A stretch of 64,000 bases of DNA, from the NCBI GenBank assembly GCA_964646605.1, contig CAZYEX010000108.1, forward strand, positions 9,382 to 73,381. The letters run 5' to 3'. This document shows, one piece after another, positions 53,247 to 62,006 of the stretch (the first letter of the stretch is position 1; every line of letters begins with the position of its first letter). The notes under the pieces were generated by a model. The model saw only the letters and a list, made by a program, of their open reading frames with translations. It did no database searches and had not been told where the DNA came from. A program made the translations under genes and the position numbers. This DNA comes from an uncultured Phycisphaera sp. GTDB taxonomy: Bacteria; Planctomycetota; Phycisphaerae; UBA1845.

Positions 53247-54428
53247 GTGACGACGTGGTGGGCGGATCGACTGAGCGAGCTTCCGCCGTATCTGTTCGTG
53301 GAGATCGATCGCCGGAAGCGCGAGGCGATCGCCGCGGGGCGGGACGTCATCGACTTCGGCGTCGGCGATCCGGACTTGCCCACGCACGGGTTCATTGTCG
53401 AACGGATGGCGGACGCCGTTCGCCAGCCGGCGAATCATCGCTATCCGTTGGGACTAGGGACGCTCGAATTCCGCAAGGCGGCGGCGCAATTCTTCGAGCG
53501 GCGCTTCGGCGTGGGACTCGATCCGCAAAGCGAGGTCCTCGCGTTAATCGGATCCAAGGAGGGGTTGGGACATTTTCCCACCGCGGTGGTCAACCCCGGG
53601 CAAGTGGTGCTGATCCCCGATCCGGGGTACCCGGTCTACACCGGGGGGACGATTTTCGCCGGTGGAAAGTGTCATTATATGGCACTTACGGAGGATCGCG
53701 GCTGGCTGCCCGCGTTGGAGGACATCCCCGCGGACGTCCGGCGAGCGGCGCGGCTTATGTACCTCAATTACCCCAACAACCCGACGGCGGCGTGCGCGAC
53801 TCTCTCGTTTTTCGAGCAAGCGGTAGCCTTCGCCCGCGAGCATCGCATCCTCGTCGCCCAGGACGCGGCCTACAGCGAGGTGTACTTCCACGCCGACCGC
53901 CCGCCGCCGAGCATCTTGCAGGTCGATGGGGCCAAGGACGTGGCCGTCGAGTTTCATTCGCTTTCCAAAATGTTCAACATGACCGGCTGGCGGGTGGGAT
54001 TCGCGGTGGGCAATCCCGAGGCCTTAGCGGCGTTGGCCCGCGTCAAGAACAACATTGACTCGGGTGTCTTCGGGGCCGTGCAAGAGGCGGCGATCGAGGC
54101 CCTTCGCGGCTTGCAGCGACCCGAGGTCCAAGCCCACATCGGGCCCAATGGCGTGTACCGTCGCCGGCGGGACGTACTGGTCGGCGGGCTGCGCGAGGCC
54201 GGATGGTCGGTGGCGCAACCCGAGGCGACGTTCTACGTCTGGGCCCGATGTCCAAAAGGAACCGACTCGATGGGCGCAGCCGCACGTCTTCTCCGCGACG
54301 CGGACGTAGTGGCCATTCCGGGGGTGGGGTTTGGTGCGGGCGGAGAAGGCTACGTGCGATTCGCCTTGACCGTCGAGGAAAAGCGGATCGCGCAAGCCGT
54401 GGCACGTCTGCGACTCCTTCACTGGTAG
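53247..54428 (+). CDS. class I/II aminotransferase, LL-diaminopimelate aminotransferase (DapL2)-like
   Basis: LSELPPYLFVEIDRRKREAIAAGRDVIDFGVGDPDLPT..., LNYPNNPT, SLSKMFNMTGWRVG (PLP lysine). I prefer GTG 53247 with an upstream GAGG. The listed ATG 53085 would add 54 atypical residues. Confidence 0.65.
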   Translation: MTTWWADRLSELPPYLFVEIDRRKREAIAAGRDVIDFGVGDPDLPTHGFIVERMADAVRQPANHRYPLGLGTLEFRKAAAQFFERRFGVGLDPQSEVLALIGSKEGLGHFPTAVVNPGQVVLIPDPGYPVYTGGTIFAGGKCHYMALTEDRGWLPALEDIPADVRRAARLMYLNYPNNPTAACATLSFFEQAVAFAREHRILVAQDAAYSEVYFHADRPPPSILQVDGAKDVAVEFHSLSKMFNMTGWRVGFAVGNPEALAALARVKNNIDSGVFGAVQEAAIEALRGLQRPEVQAHIGPNGVYRRRRDVLVGGLREAGWSVAQPEATFYVWARCPKGTDSMGAAARLLRDADVVAIPGVGFGAGGEGYVRFALTVEEKRIAQAVARLRLLHW

Positions 54429-54533
54429 ACCCCGAGACCCCGACTGCGGCGGGCGCTCGTTCCGAACCACACACCCTCCCGTGCGTAGGCGCGCGTCGAG
54501 GGCCATGGCCTTGATACTGAACGTACCGGAGAG

Positions 54534-54677
54534 GATTGGCGATTCTCGATTGTCGATTTTCGATTGGAGATTGAGCGGCGAAGCGACAAGCGACGAAGCG
54601 GGCCGCGGGGGGCGGGGAATTGGCGATCCTTGACACTCCGCGTCAAGGACAGGTTTTCGCTTTTCGATTGGCGAAAA
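54534..54677. repeat. CGATTG-rich short tandem tract plus three small hairpins (left border of the 54.8-57.7 kb islet)
   Basis: GATTGGCGATTCTCGATTGTCGATTTTCGATTGGAGATTGAG. Hairpins: CCTTGAC-N7-GTCAAGG (54629-54649) and TTTTCGC-N10-GCGAAAA (54654-54677). The reverse complement of the tract motif (CAATCGGCAAT) recurs at 57958-57983 and 58166-58203. Confidence 0.65.
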
Positions 54678-54777
54678 CGCCGAGTTTCGCATCAAACAGT
54701 AGAATGTCCTCATTGAGCCTCTCCCTTCCATCGAGAGGCCCGGGGTGGGTTCCGTGCGTTCCCAAAGCTACACCGGG

Positions 54778-55662
54778 TCACTCCGGTCGACGGCAAACGC
54801 CGCGGACCGGGTTCACCAAGGGCTTGCTCATGGTCTTTGCAATTGTGATCCACTCCTTGTCGTTGTTCGCGGCGAAAACATCCATATTCTTTCCGTCAAC
54901 AGCAATGATCGAATCTGCGAGCTTGGAGCAGTGTTTGTCATCACATAGATGAATCGCTTCTCGCTGGGCCAGACGAATATGCTCACGCATAGTCTTAAGT
55001 TCGTGCGACGCATCCGCGTTGGAATCGATCTCATTGGCGAGTTGAGCGAAATGTTCCTGGTTTTCCGAAAAGAAGATGTGCACTCGGCATTGGATTTTGT
55101 CAGGGGAACAGCGCCGGATCGTCACGTTGAGCGAACCGTCGGAGTGTTCTGTAGGAGGTTCCTCAGCCCGCACACACCCCGTACCCTTGAATTCACCCGT
55201 TATCGCCTCTCGCAACGCTATCGCGGCCTCAAGCACCCGCGTTTTGCAGAACGCTCGCAGACGAGCGAGTTGTGCTCGATCTGAGAGAGCGCCCTTTGTG
55301 ACTTCGAGAAACGCCGCGATCGCCTGCAGGCACGTCTGCACCCCTCGCTGCTGGTGCGGATTTGAAAGCCTTCGTTGGACGCGATCCACCACATCCGCGA
55401 ACGAACGCATGTCCGGTTCACGGCATCGTTCGTGGATGTACGCAATCTCCTTCACCCAAGCCCGTTTGAATTCGAGCTTCGAGTACGACGAGGCGCCTTT
55501 GAACCTGAAGCCCGATATTGCTTGGCGCACCGGCAGCGCGTACTTGTCACGCTTCTGCAGCTCGATCAACAGTGATGTGTCAAGCAAAACCGTTTCACGC
55601 AGCTCGACTGTCGCGGTTGGGGTCGCCACGGCTTCCATGCCATCGGGCTCTGCCAGGCGCAC
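54778..55662 (-). CDS. large PIN-like domain protein (294 aa) with an internal Cys4 cluster; gene C of a three-gene operon
   Basis: GTG start with GGAGGAG 9 nt upstream. The N-terminal VLLDTSLLIELQ and C-terminal LADSIIAVDGKNMDVFAANNDKEWITI look like the first and last acidic motifs of the PIN fold. The insert carries RRCSPDKIQCRVH...HLCDDKHC. The call rests on motifs only. Confidence 0.45.
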   Translation of the reverse strand: MRLAEPDGMEAVATPTATVELRETVLLDTSLLIELQKRDKYALPVRQAISGFRFKGASSYSKLEFKRAWVKEIAYIHERCREPDMRSFADVVDRVQRRLSNPHQQRGVQTCLQAIAAFLEVTKGALSDRAQLARLRAFCKTRVLEAAIALREAITGEFKGTGCVRAEEPPTEHSDGSLNVTIRRCSPDKIQCRVHIFFSENQEHFAQLANEIDSNADASHELKTMREHIRLAQREAIHLCDDKHCSKLADSIIAVDGKNMDVFAANNDKEWITIAKTMSKPLVNPVRGVCRRPE

Positions 55663-55668
55663 CGCAGT

Positions 55669-56289
55669 CTACTCCTCCAAGAACCCTAGCGGTTGAAAGC
55701 CCGCCTCGACGAACTCCGAACGAATGGACTCGGCGTTCGAACGAACCAGGCGCGGCTGCTTCAGGAAGTGAACCGCCCCACGAATGGCAAGCGATTCGTC
55801 TGTGGATAGGCTTCGCCCCCGCCCTGCCGCAACCCGAACCCCGTTCTCGAGCGTAGCCAGGATCTCCTGGTGGATGTCCGACGCCTCCGCGGCGCTCTCC
55901 CACAAATCGGAAACGATCCCAACGAGCCCGGCAAGAAGCAGTTGCATGTCGATCTCGTCCGCGTCGTCGAGACTGTTGAGCGTTTCTTCGGCGCGCCTGA
56001 GAAGCGCCGCATCGATCGGCTGCCCTTGGGTCCGAGCTGCGCTGGGATAGCGGTTCGCGTGTCCGTGCCGTACTGTCCGTGTATCGGACCTGTGTTCGCT
56101 TAGTAACGCGAATTCCTTGCCCGAATTGACGGTTCCCCGATCTGCGCGAACCGCTGGCCGAGTTTCGGCTCCAGGTTCTGAACCGCCGCCTGCAACCCCG
56201 GTGACACCTGACAGTGCTCCGAAAGCTGACTTCTCCTGGCTCGCCCACCGACTGGCCAGCTCTGAAACCGACGGTGTACCTTCGTTCAT
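55669..56289 (-). CDS. hypothetical protein (206 aa); gene B of the three-gene operon
   Basis: ATG 56289 is preceded by AAGGTG. A GTG at 56298 that overlaps the gene A stop is an alternative. The N-terminal half is low-complexity and the C-terminal half is acidic and helical (DDADEIDMQLLLAGLVGIVSDLWESAAEASDIHQEILATLENG). No domain recognised. Confidence 0.5.
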   Translation of the reverse strand: MNEGTPSVSELASRWASQEKSAFGALSGVTGVAGGGSEPGAETRPAVRADRGTVNSGKEFALLSEHRSDTRTVRHGHANRYPSAARTQGQPIDAALLRRAEETLNSLDDADEIDMQLLLAGLVGIVSDLWESAAEASDIHQEILATLENGVRVAAGRGRSLSTDESLAIRGAVHFLKQPRLVRSNAESIRSEFVEAGFQPLGFLEE

Positions 56290-56294
56290 GGTTC

Positions 56295-57083
56295 TCACCT
56301 TGGACGTTCGAGAAAATCCTTCTCAAGAAGTTCGGCCTCTTCCTTCGCCACTCGCGCAAACTCAACAACCGAATGTTCCGTCGTCGGCCACATGCGATAG
56401 AAATCGATGTCGATGCTGAGACCCACTTCAGGGTCTTCGCGTTCTTTCGTTCGGCGCCTCATCTGTTCGAGCAGGGCTTCGCGCTGTCCCTTCGGCAGAT
56501 GATGAGGTGGAAGGCGCAGACGTTCATCGACATGCAACTCGACGCCGACCCGCGCAAAGGGTTTGACGGCGATGCGAATTCCCCTATCTCTATCCTCGGA
56601 TTCAAACCGATACGCTTCCTCGTACTCGCGTGCGACAAGTCCTACCGATGGTTTCTGCCGCCAGTCACTTGCGCGCGAATACTTTACGGACAGTTTCTCG
56701 GCCTCGTCCAAGTCCAGCGTAGGGAGAAGCTTGATCTGACGCCATCCGAAGCGCCGCATCCTCTCCAGCCCGAATCTCCCCGTAATCAACCCGAGAGCAT
56801 CAGCTGCGGTCGCAGCAAAGTCGAACGTCACCGCGCCGACAGGGTTTTGGTCCAGAATGAGGTTCTGCGCGTTAAAAACGAGTGTCGCATCAAGTTCTGG
56901 ACAAATCATCCTCGCCGCAGTTGGCGTGGCCTCCGTGGGAAGCCAGATGCATCTCGTTCCTGCGGTCAGCAAGTCCTCAAGAATAACCATCGCGTCGCCG
57001 CAACGGTCGAGGTAGCGGTACCCTCGCTCGTAGCGGGCTTCGAAGATCCGCTGCCTGAGAACCGGCTCTTTTCGGGCTACCAT
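56295..57083 (-). CDS. TIGR04255-like uncharacterised protein (262 aa); gene A of the three-gene operon
   Basis: Three anchor motifs resemble what I recall of the TIGR04255 family: PVLRQRIFEARYE (aPi.Eai.dlR), MRRFGWRQIKLLP (itRl.vRYiNri.iP) and VGLSIDIDFYRMW (vilDiDlfr). The start is ATG 57083, or a GTG at 57089. Confidence 0.45.
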   Translation of the reverse strand: MVARKEPVLRQRIFEARYERGYRYLDRCGDAMVILEDLLTAGTRCIWLPTEATPTAARMICPELDATLVFNAQNLILDQNPVGAVTFDFAATAADALGLITGRFGLERMRRFGWRQIKLLPTLDLDEAEKLSVKYSRASDWRQKPSVGLVAREYEEAYRFESEDRDRGIRIAVKPFARVGVELHVDERLRLPPHHLPKGQREALLEQMRRRTKEREDPEVGLSIDIDFYRMWPTTEHSVVEFARVAKEEAELLEKDFLERPR

Positions 57084-57305
57084 GGCCACACAAGCGCTTA
57101 GGAAAGGTCGCGGTCCATCAACGTATACCCTACTAATTGTATCGGCCGACCCCGCGAATGCCTAGCCCCTGCCGCATTCAACCGCCTACGGTTTGGGTCT
57201 GATAAGCCGAATCACGTCCCACAATAGATAACTTGCACCCCGATCGCTCCAAGTTGCCCGTTTGGGCGATCACCCCCTCGCGTCGTACCCAAGGCGGGGC
57301 CGTGA

Positions 57306-57671
57306 AAACAGGTAAAAGACCTGCTTTGGGCAATTCATTGTCAAACGGGGCGACATTCTGATTTTCGCGCCGCGAAAGACCCCAAGCTCAAGAAACGCAC
57401 GCTGACCAACCTGTACAACGAACGCCCGACGTGGCTGCGGCTGCTGCACGAACAGCTCGACCGGGCCGTGCTGGCCGCTTACGCCGCGACCGACCCCGAG
57501 GGCGAGTGGTCCGAGGACTGGGCGCGGGTGTGGGTCGATACCGGGGCCGGGCAGCCGCTCCCCGCCGACCACGAACTCACCGATCTGCGCAAGGAGACCG
57601 ACCAGCGCGTGCTGGCGAACCTGTTGCGGATGAACCTTGACCGGGGCGAAGATTCGGTTCAAGCGGTATGA
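57306..57671 (+). pseudogene. 3'-terminal remnant of an MmeI-type (type IIL/IIG) RM enzyme / N6-adenine DNA methyltransferase
   Basis: The open frame from 57306 reads ...DPKLKKRTLTNLYNERPTWLRLLHEQLDRAVLAAYAATDPEGEWSEDW...DQRVLANLLRMNLDRGE followed by a stop. 'RTLTNLYNeRPtWL...H..LD.AV..AYgw' and '...iL..LL.LNleR' are the C-terminal signature of that family as I recall it. The ~800 aa expected upstream are missing. Confidence 0.65.
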
Positions 57672-57701
57672 GCGCACACCATCTCGGTGATGCCGCGGTT
57701 C

Positions 57702-57793
57702 GACCCTCACCCCCGGCGCTTCCCTTGAGGGGGAGACTGTGGAGACGGCATGTCCGCGGGCTTGCCCTTGAGGCTTCGCGTAAAGGGGAGCCG
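57702..57793. repeat. composite of a family 1 (GACCCTCACCCCC...) and a family 2 (41-mer) intergenic repeat
   Basis: Family 1-like at 57702-57740. The family 2 copy at 57753-57793 matches 37327-37367 at 38 of 41 positions. Confidence 0.7.
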
Positions 57794-57954
57794 CTTGGGG
57801 TTCGGACGGGGCGCTCGGTGGCCGAGGCGAATTCCACCGATCACCCCGCGCGTTATCTAGGTTGGATGAACAGCCCTCGCTCATTCCGCCCCATCTCCCG
57901 CCCGAACCCGTCTGTCCCCTTCAGTCTTCAAACTTCCGTCTTCAGTCTCCGTCC

Positions 57955-58275
57955 TTCAATCGGCAATTGGCAATCGAGAGTCCCACCATCGCTATTTTCC
58001 CATCGTGGTTCGGCGTCCAACACCGCTCCCTCACGGTCGCGGCTCGGATCGGCGCCGCGCGCAAAAAAAAGATACCAAACGAAGCCATTCAAAAGTGTCG
58101 CTGCACAGGGAAACCCCTCTAGCAAGGTCAGACTTGGGTTTGGTGCCGCTTATGTCGGTCCTGATCAATCGGCAATTGGAACTCGGCAATCGGCAATCAA
58201 TCGTGTCGCTTCCGCTTCACGCTCGGATCCGCTCCGCGCTAGCGGTCGGGGCTCGGATGGGTGCGCGCCGCATGA
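57955..58275. repeat. two ~200-bp composite repeat units (CAATCGGCAAT tract ... GCTCGGATnnGCnCCGCGC)
   Basis: CAATCGGCAATTGGCAATCG lies at 57958-57983 and CAATCGGCAATTGGAACTCGGCAATCGGCAATCAATCG at 58166-58203. Each is followed 50-70 nt later by a GGCTCGGAT...CCGCGC element (58031-58052, 58221-58240, 58250-58272). No convincing ORF. Confidence 0.6.
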
Positions 58276-58482
58276 CCCTTGACGCTGCGCGTAAAGGGCG
58301 GGCTGCGACGGGTCGACGTGGCGGCCGACCCGCGCCGGGAGAAAATGACTCCAGAGCCTTCCGTCTTCGTCACCGGTGGATGAATTCATCGGCGCCGCCC
58401 TCTGGACCCACCGCCGGACCTATTCACCGTATCTGCGGTTTTCTGCGCTCCGACGGCGTGCATCCGGGGGACAATCGCTTCG

Positions 58483-61071
58483 TCAACGTTCCGGCGGGGG
58501 CGATGCCTCGAGCTTCGCGCGATATTCGGCGGCCAAGTCCGGCTTGCCCCAGGCATCATAGAGATCGACGATCCTCTGGAGGGCTCTGATCGAGTCTTCG
58601 TCCTGTTCACCGTGGGCGGCTTGGAGGACCGGGTAACTGTTCGTGAGAAGCGGCTCAGCCTCGTCATACTGGCGCAGATCGGCCAAGCATCGACCGAGGA
58701 GACTTTCGGTGTAGGCGATACGCCAATGCTTCTCGGGTAGAGTTTTCAGTTGGATCGCAAGGGCTTCGCGCAAGGCGGCCTGCGCGCCCTCCGGATCGCC
58801 CTTCGCGGCGAGCACGTCCCCCAAGAGAACGAGTATGTACATGAGAGACACGGGCTGCGGCACTCGGAGCTTTCGATGTATACTTACGGCCTCGCGGACC
58901 AGCGGCTCGGCAGAGGCAACGTCGCCCTTTTTCCTCAAATATAAGTCCGCCAGGTTATTGAGGATCTCAGCCTCCGTGCCTTGGCCTCCAGGCGACTTCC
59001 GGGCGATGGCCAACGCTTCGAGGTAAAGTCGCTCGGCCTCGTCGTCGTTACCTTTTTCCTGCAGACTCATCGCCAGGCGGTTATGTGAAGTGGCTATGTT
59101 GCGGTGCTCTCGGGGCAAGATGGTCACATTCTGGCTCAGAGCCTCGCGAAGTCCGCTTTCCGCCTCGTCGTAGCTCCCCTTTTTCTGGAGCACCATCGCC
59201 AAGTTGCTGCGCGATATATTTACGTCGGGGTGTTCGTCGCCCAGAAGCCTCCGCCGAATCGCCAGGGCCTCGCGAAACAGCCTTTCCGCTTCGTCGTACT
59301 CGTCTCTGTTGAGGAGCACCGTCCCAAGATAGTTCAAGGACCTGGCCACGTTCACGTGATCGTTACCGAGATGCCGCCGAAGGCTTGTCAGGGCCTGGCG
59401 GAGTAGTGATTCCGCGGTCCTGAAGTCGCCCTGCCACTGCAACGTCCACGCTACGGAGGCAAGCGTTGCGGCGACGTCCGGGTGGTCCTCGCCCAGCATC
59501 CGCTCGCGTATCAGCAGCGCCCGCCGTAAGAGCGACTCGGCGGTCGCAAAGTCGCGCTTCTGCACCATCAGCCAAGCGAGGTCCTCTAACGCCCGCGCCA
59601 CTTCGACTTCTTCTTTTCCAAAGAGGCGCTCACGGATTTCCAAAGCATTGCGAAGTTGCGCTTCTGCCGGTTCATAAAGTCCCAACGCGCAATACGTACT
59701 GCCAATTGTGGAGCGCACCGCAGCCTCGGTTTCGGGCTCGTTCCGTAGAGATCCCTGGTCGACCCGATTCGCTGCCGCGTCTAGTGCCGTCCGGACGGTG
59801 ACGTCTGGACCGAGCAGCTTGTCCGGGTTGGCCGAGGAAAGCATTTCCTGAAGAAACGTATTCACCGCTTCGGCAACTTTGCGTTGCCGGCCTTCATTCA
59901 ACTGCGCATATTCGGCCTGACGCCACAAGGTCAGGGAAGTAATGAAACCGACGGTCACAACCAGGACAAATCCGGCGGCAATCGTGGCCGCAAGCCTGAA
60001 TCTACGGAGTTGCTTGAAGAGAACGTAGCGAATGGAATCGCGTTTGGCTTCGATCGGGTCGCCTGCCAGGTAGTGCCGGACGTCGCGGGCGAGTTCGCCC
60101 GCCATCTGGTACCGGCGTTCGCGCTCCTTGGCCAGGCACTTCAGTATGATCGTGTCCACTTCGTCATTGAGACCTCTTCGGATCGCGCTGGGACGGTTGG
60201 GCTCTGCTATTTGGATTCTGGCGAGAACCTCGCGCATGCTTCCGGTGACGTCGTAGGGCAACTTTCCGGTGAGCATCTGGAAGAGAATCACCCCGAGCGA
60301 GTAGACGTCGGTGCGCGTGTCGATGTTGGAGAGGATGCCCTCGGCCTGCTCCGGCGACGCCCAGGGGGGCGATCCCACGAAGGCCCCCGTCATGGTCATC
60401 ATCGACGCATCCGCTGATCCCGCGGGCAACTTCGCCAGCCCGAAGTCGAGAATGTGGGGTTCGCTGTTCCCGTCGATTCGAATGTTCCCAGGTTTCAGAT
60501 CGCGGTGAATGACTCCGCGTACATGGGCGGCGTTGACTGCGTCGCAGATCGCCGCGAACAAGCGCAACGTCTCCTCGACGCCGCGTTGCCCGCCGGCCAT
60601 ATGGACGTCGAGCGGCTGGCCGCTGATGTAATCCATCACGAAGTATTGGTGACCGGCCGCCACCCCCGTGTCGTGAATCGCGACAATGTTCGGATGCTGC
60701 AACTGGGCGAGGACCTGGACCTCTCGCTCGAAGCGCCCCCTATCCGCGGTGCTGGCGAAAGGGCCCTCCTTCATGACCTTGATCGCGACCTTGCGTTTGG
60801 TCGACTTCTGAATAGCCTGGTACACGACGCCCTGCCCGCCGCGGTGAATCTCGCGGATGAGTTGGTAACCTGTGAATGAATCGGGCGGCGGTCCGTCGGA
60901 TTGCAGATCGCCGGAAAGCGCAGGAGGTCCCGGCGAAACGCCGTCTGACATCCGCCTCGCACTGCTGACATGTGCAAGCCGGGCGTGTACCGCCTGGGCG
61001 CAGGCGTCCTGGATCAGGCGATTCTGCCGGGCCTGCACCTCCGCATCTGGTTCAAGGATGCCGCCGGTCAT
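58483..61071 (-). CDS. Ser/Thr protein kinase with one TM helix and a long C-terminal TPR array
   Basis: Kinase motifs GGQGVVYQAIQKSTKRKVAIKVMK, HRDLKPGNI, DFGLAK and SPEQAEG. A TM segment RLAATIAAGFVLVVTVGFITSL. About 12 or more TPR_10/12-like units follow (ALNNLA..Y...G.Y.EAE.L..EAL). Confidence 0.9.
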   Translation of the reverse strand: MTGGILEPDAEVQARQNRLIQDACAQAVHARLAHVSSARRMSDGVSPGPPALSGDLQSDGPPPDSFTGYQLIREIHRGGQGVVYQAIQKSTKRKVAIKVMKEGPFASTADRGRFEREVQVLAQLQHPNIVAIHDTGVAAGHQYFVMDYISGQPLDVHMAGGQRGVEETLRLFAAICDAVNAAHVRGVIHRDLKPGNIRIDGNSEPHILDFGLAKLPAGSADASMMTMTGAFVGSPPWASPEQAEGILSNIDTRTDVYSLGVILFQMLTGKLPYDVTGSMREVLARIQIAEPNRPSAIRRGLNDEVDTIILKCLAKERERRYQMAGELARDVRHYLAGDPIEAKRDSIRYVLFKQLRRFRLAATIAAGFVLVVTVGFITSLTLWRQAEYAQLNEGRQRKVAEAVNTFLQEMLSSANPDKLLGPDVTVRTALDAAANRVDQGSLRNEPETEAAVRSTIGSTYCALGLYEPAEAQLRNALEIRERLFGKEEVEVARALEDLAWLMVQKRDFATAESLLRRALLIRERMLGEDHPDVAATLASVAWTLQWQGDFRTAESLLRQALTSLRRHLGNDHVNVARSLNYLGTVLLNRDEYDEAERLFREALAIRRRLLGDEHPDVNISRSNLAMVLQKKGSYDEAESGLREALSQNVTILPREHRNIATSHNRLAMSLQEKGNDDEAERLYLEALAIARKSPGGQGTEAEILNNLADLYLRKKGDVASAEPLVREAVSIHRKLRVPQPVSLMYILVLLGDVLAAKGDPEGAQAALREALAIQLKTLPEKHWRIAYTESLLGRCLADLRQYDEAEPLLTNSYPVLQAAHGEQDEDSIRALQRIVDLYDAWGKPDLAAEYRAKLEASPPPER

Positions 61072-61203
61072 TGATCCAACTCCTAGCCGCGCCCGGTCCG
61101 CTCCGCTTCACGGGGGCAAGCTGGTGCGTGGCATGGGAACCCTTCCGGTTCGGGGAAGAACGCAGGGCGGTCCAGGTATCAAGCGATGCCGGACGAGGGC
61201 CGG

Positions 61204-61827
61204 TCACGCCGAATCGCTGAAAAATCTGGATCGCGACCCAAGAGCCTCCCGAAGCCGGTCCCGGGCACGGGCCAGCAACATCTTCACCGCACCCGGCGAG
61301 CGCCCCATGGCCGCGGCGACCTCCCGCCCCGGGCGACCTTCCAGTTCGTACAGGCGCAAGACTTTTTCGTAGTCCTGCGGCAAATCCTTGAGCGCCGCTT
61401 CGACGATCTCTTGGAACTCATGCGCCGCCGCGTGTCGGCTGGGTGTGGTCGTGGTTCCCGCGAGTTGGTCCACGAGGGCGACATACGACTCGGCGCCGGG
61501 CGGGCCGTTGACCCGGTTCTGCGGGCGCTTCTGGCGTTCCAGTCCCTTGATCGCATCGCGCAGATTGTTCTCCGCAATTCGACGCAGCCAGGATCTGAAT
61601 GCATCCGTACCGGCGGCCTGGAAGTCCAGGATGCGCATGAACGCCTCAAGATAGGTTACCTGCATCACGTCGTCGGCATCGACCACGCCGTTCCACTTGG
61701 GGCTGATTTTCAATTCGTTGCGGATCGACAGCCCGTGATGCTCGAGCAGCGCACGCAGGGCTTCCGCATCGCCGTGCGTTGCCTTCGCCACAAGCTCGTC
61801 GTCGGATGTGATCACGTTCCAGCCCAC
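61204..61827 (-). CDS. ECF-type RNA polymerase sigma-70 family factor
   Basis: Region 2: DADDVMQVTYLEAFMRILDF...FRSWLRRIAENNLRDAIK. Region 4: LPQDYEKVLRLYELEGRPGREVAAAMGRSPGAVKMLLARARDRLR. GTG start. It lies directly upstream of the kinase. Confidence 0.88.
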   Translation of the reverse strand: MGWNVITSDDELVAKATHGDAEALRALLEHHGLSIRNELKISPKWNGVVDADDVMQVTYLEAFMRILDFQAAGTDAFRSWLRRIAENNLRDAIKGLERQKRPQNRVNGPPGAESYVALVDQLAGTTTTPSRHAAAHEFQEIVEAALKDLPQDYEKVLRLYELEGRPGREVAAAMGRSPGAVKMLLARARDRLREALGSRSRFFSDSA

Positions 61828-62006
61828 TCAGCCAAATTGCCCAGGCACGAGACCCCGTGAGTCTAATCCGGGTGGGATAGGGGCGTCAACCGCGTGACCG
61901 TGCCCGGGCATTCGTCGCCCTTGTCCTTGTGCCGTTCCCGAAGCGGGAGGCGGAAACTCCTGCTCGCAAGCGGCCGCAGTAGACAAAAACGACAAGGAGA
62001 TTAGCC

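Noticed and set aside
57900-58300. CRISPR-like array suggested by the repeated CAATCGGCAAT / GCTCGGAT elements.
   Set aside because: The repeat units are only 2-3 in number, of unequal length (~10-40 nt) and irregularly spaced (50-200 nt). No cas genes are nearby. They fit REP-type composite repeats instead.
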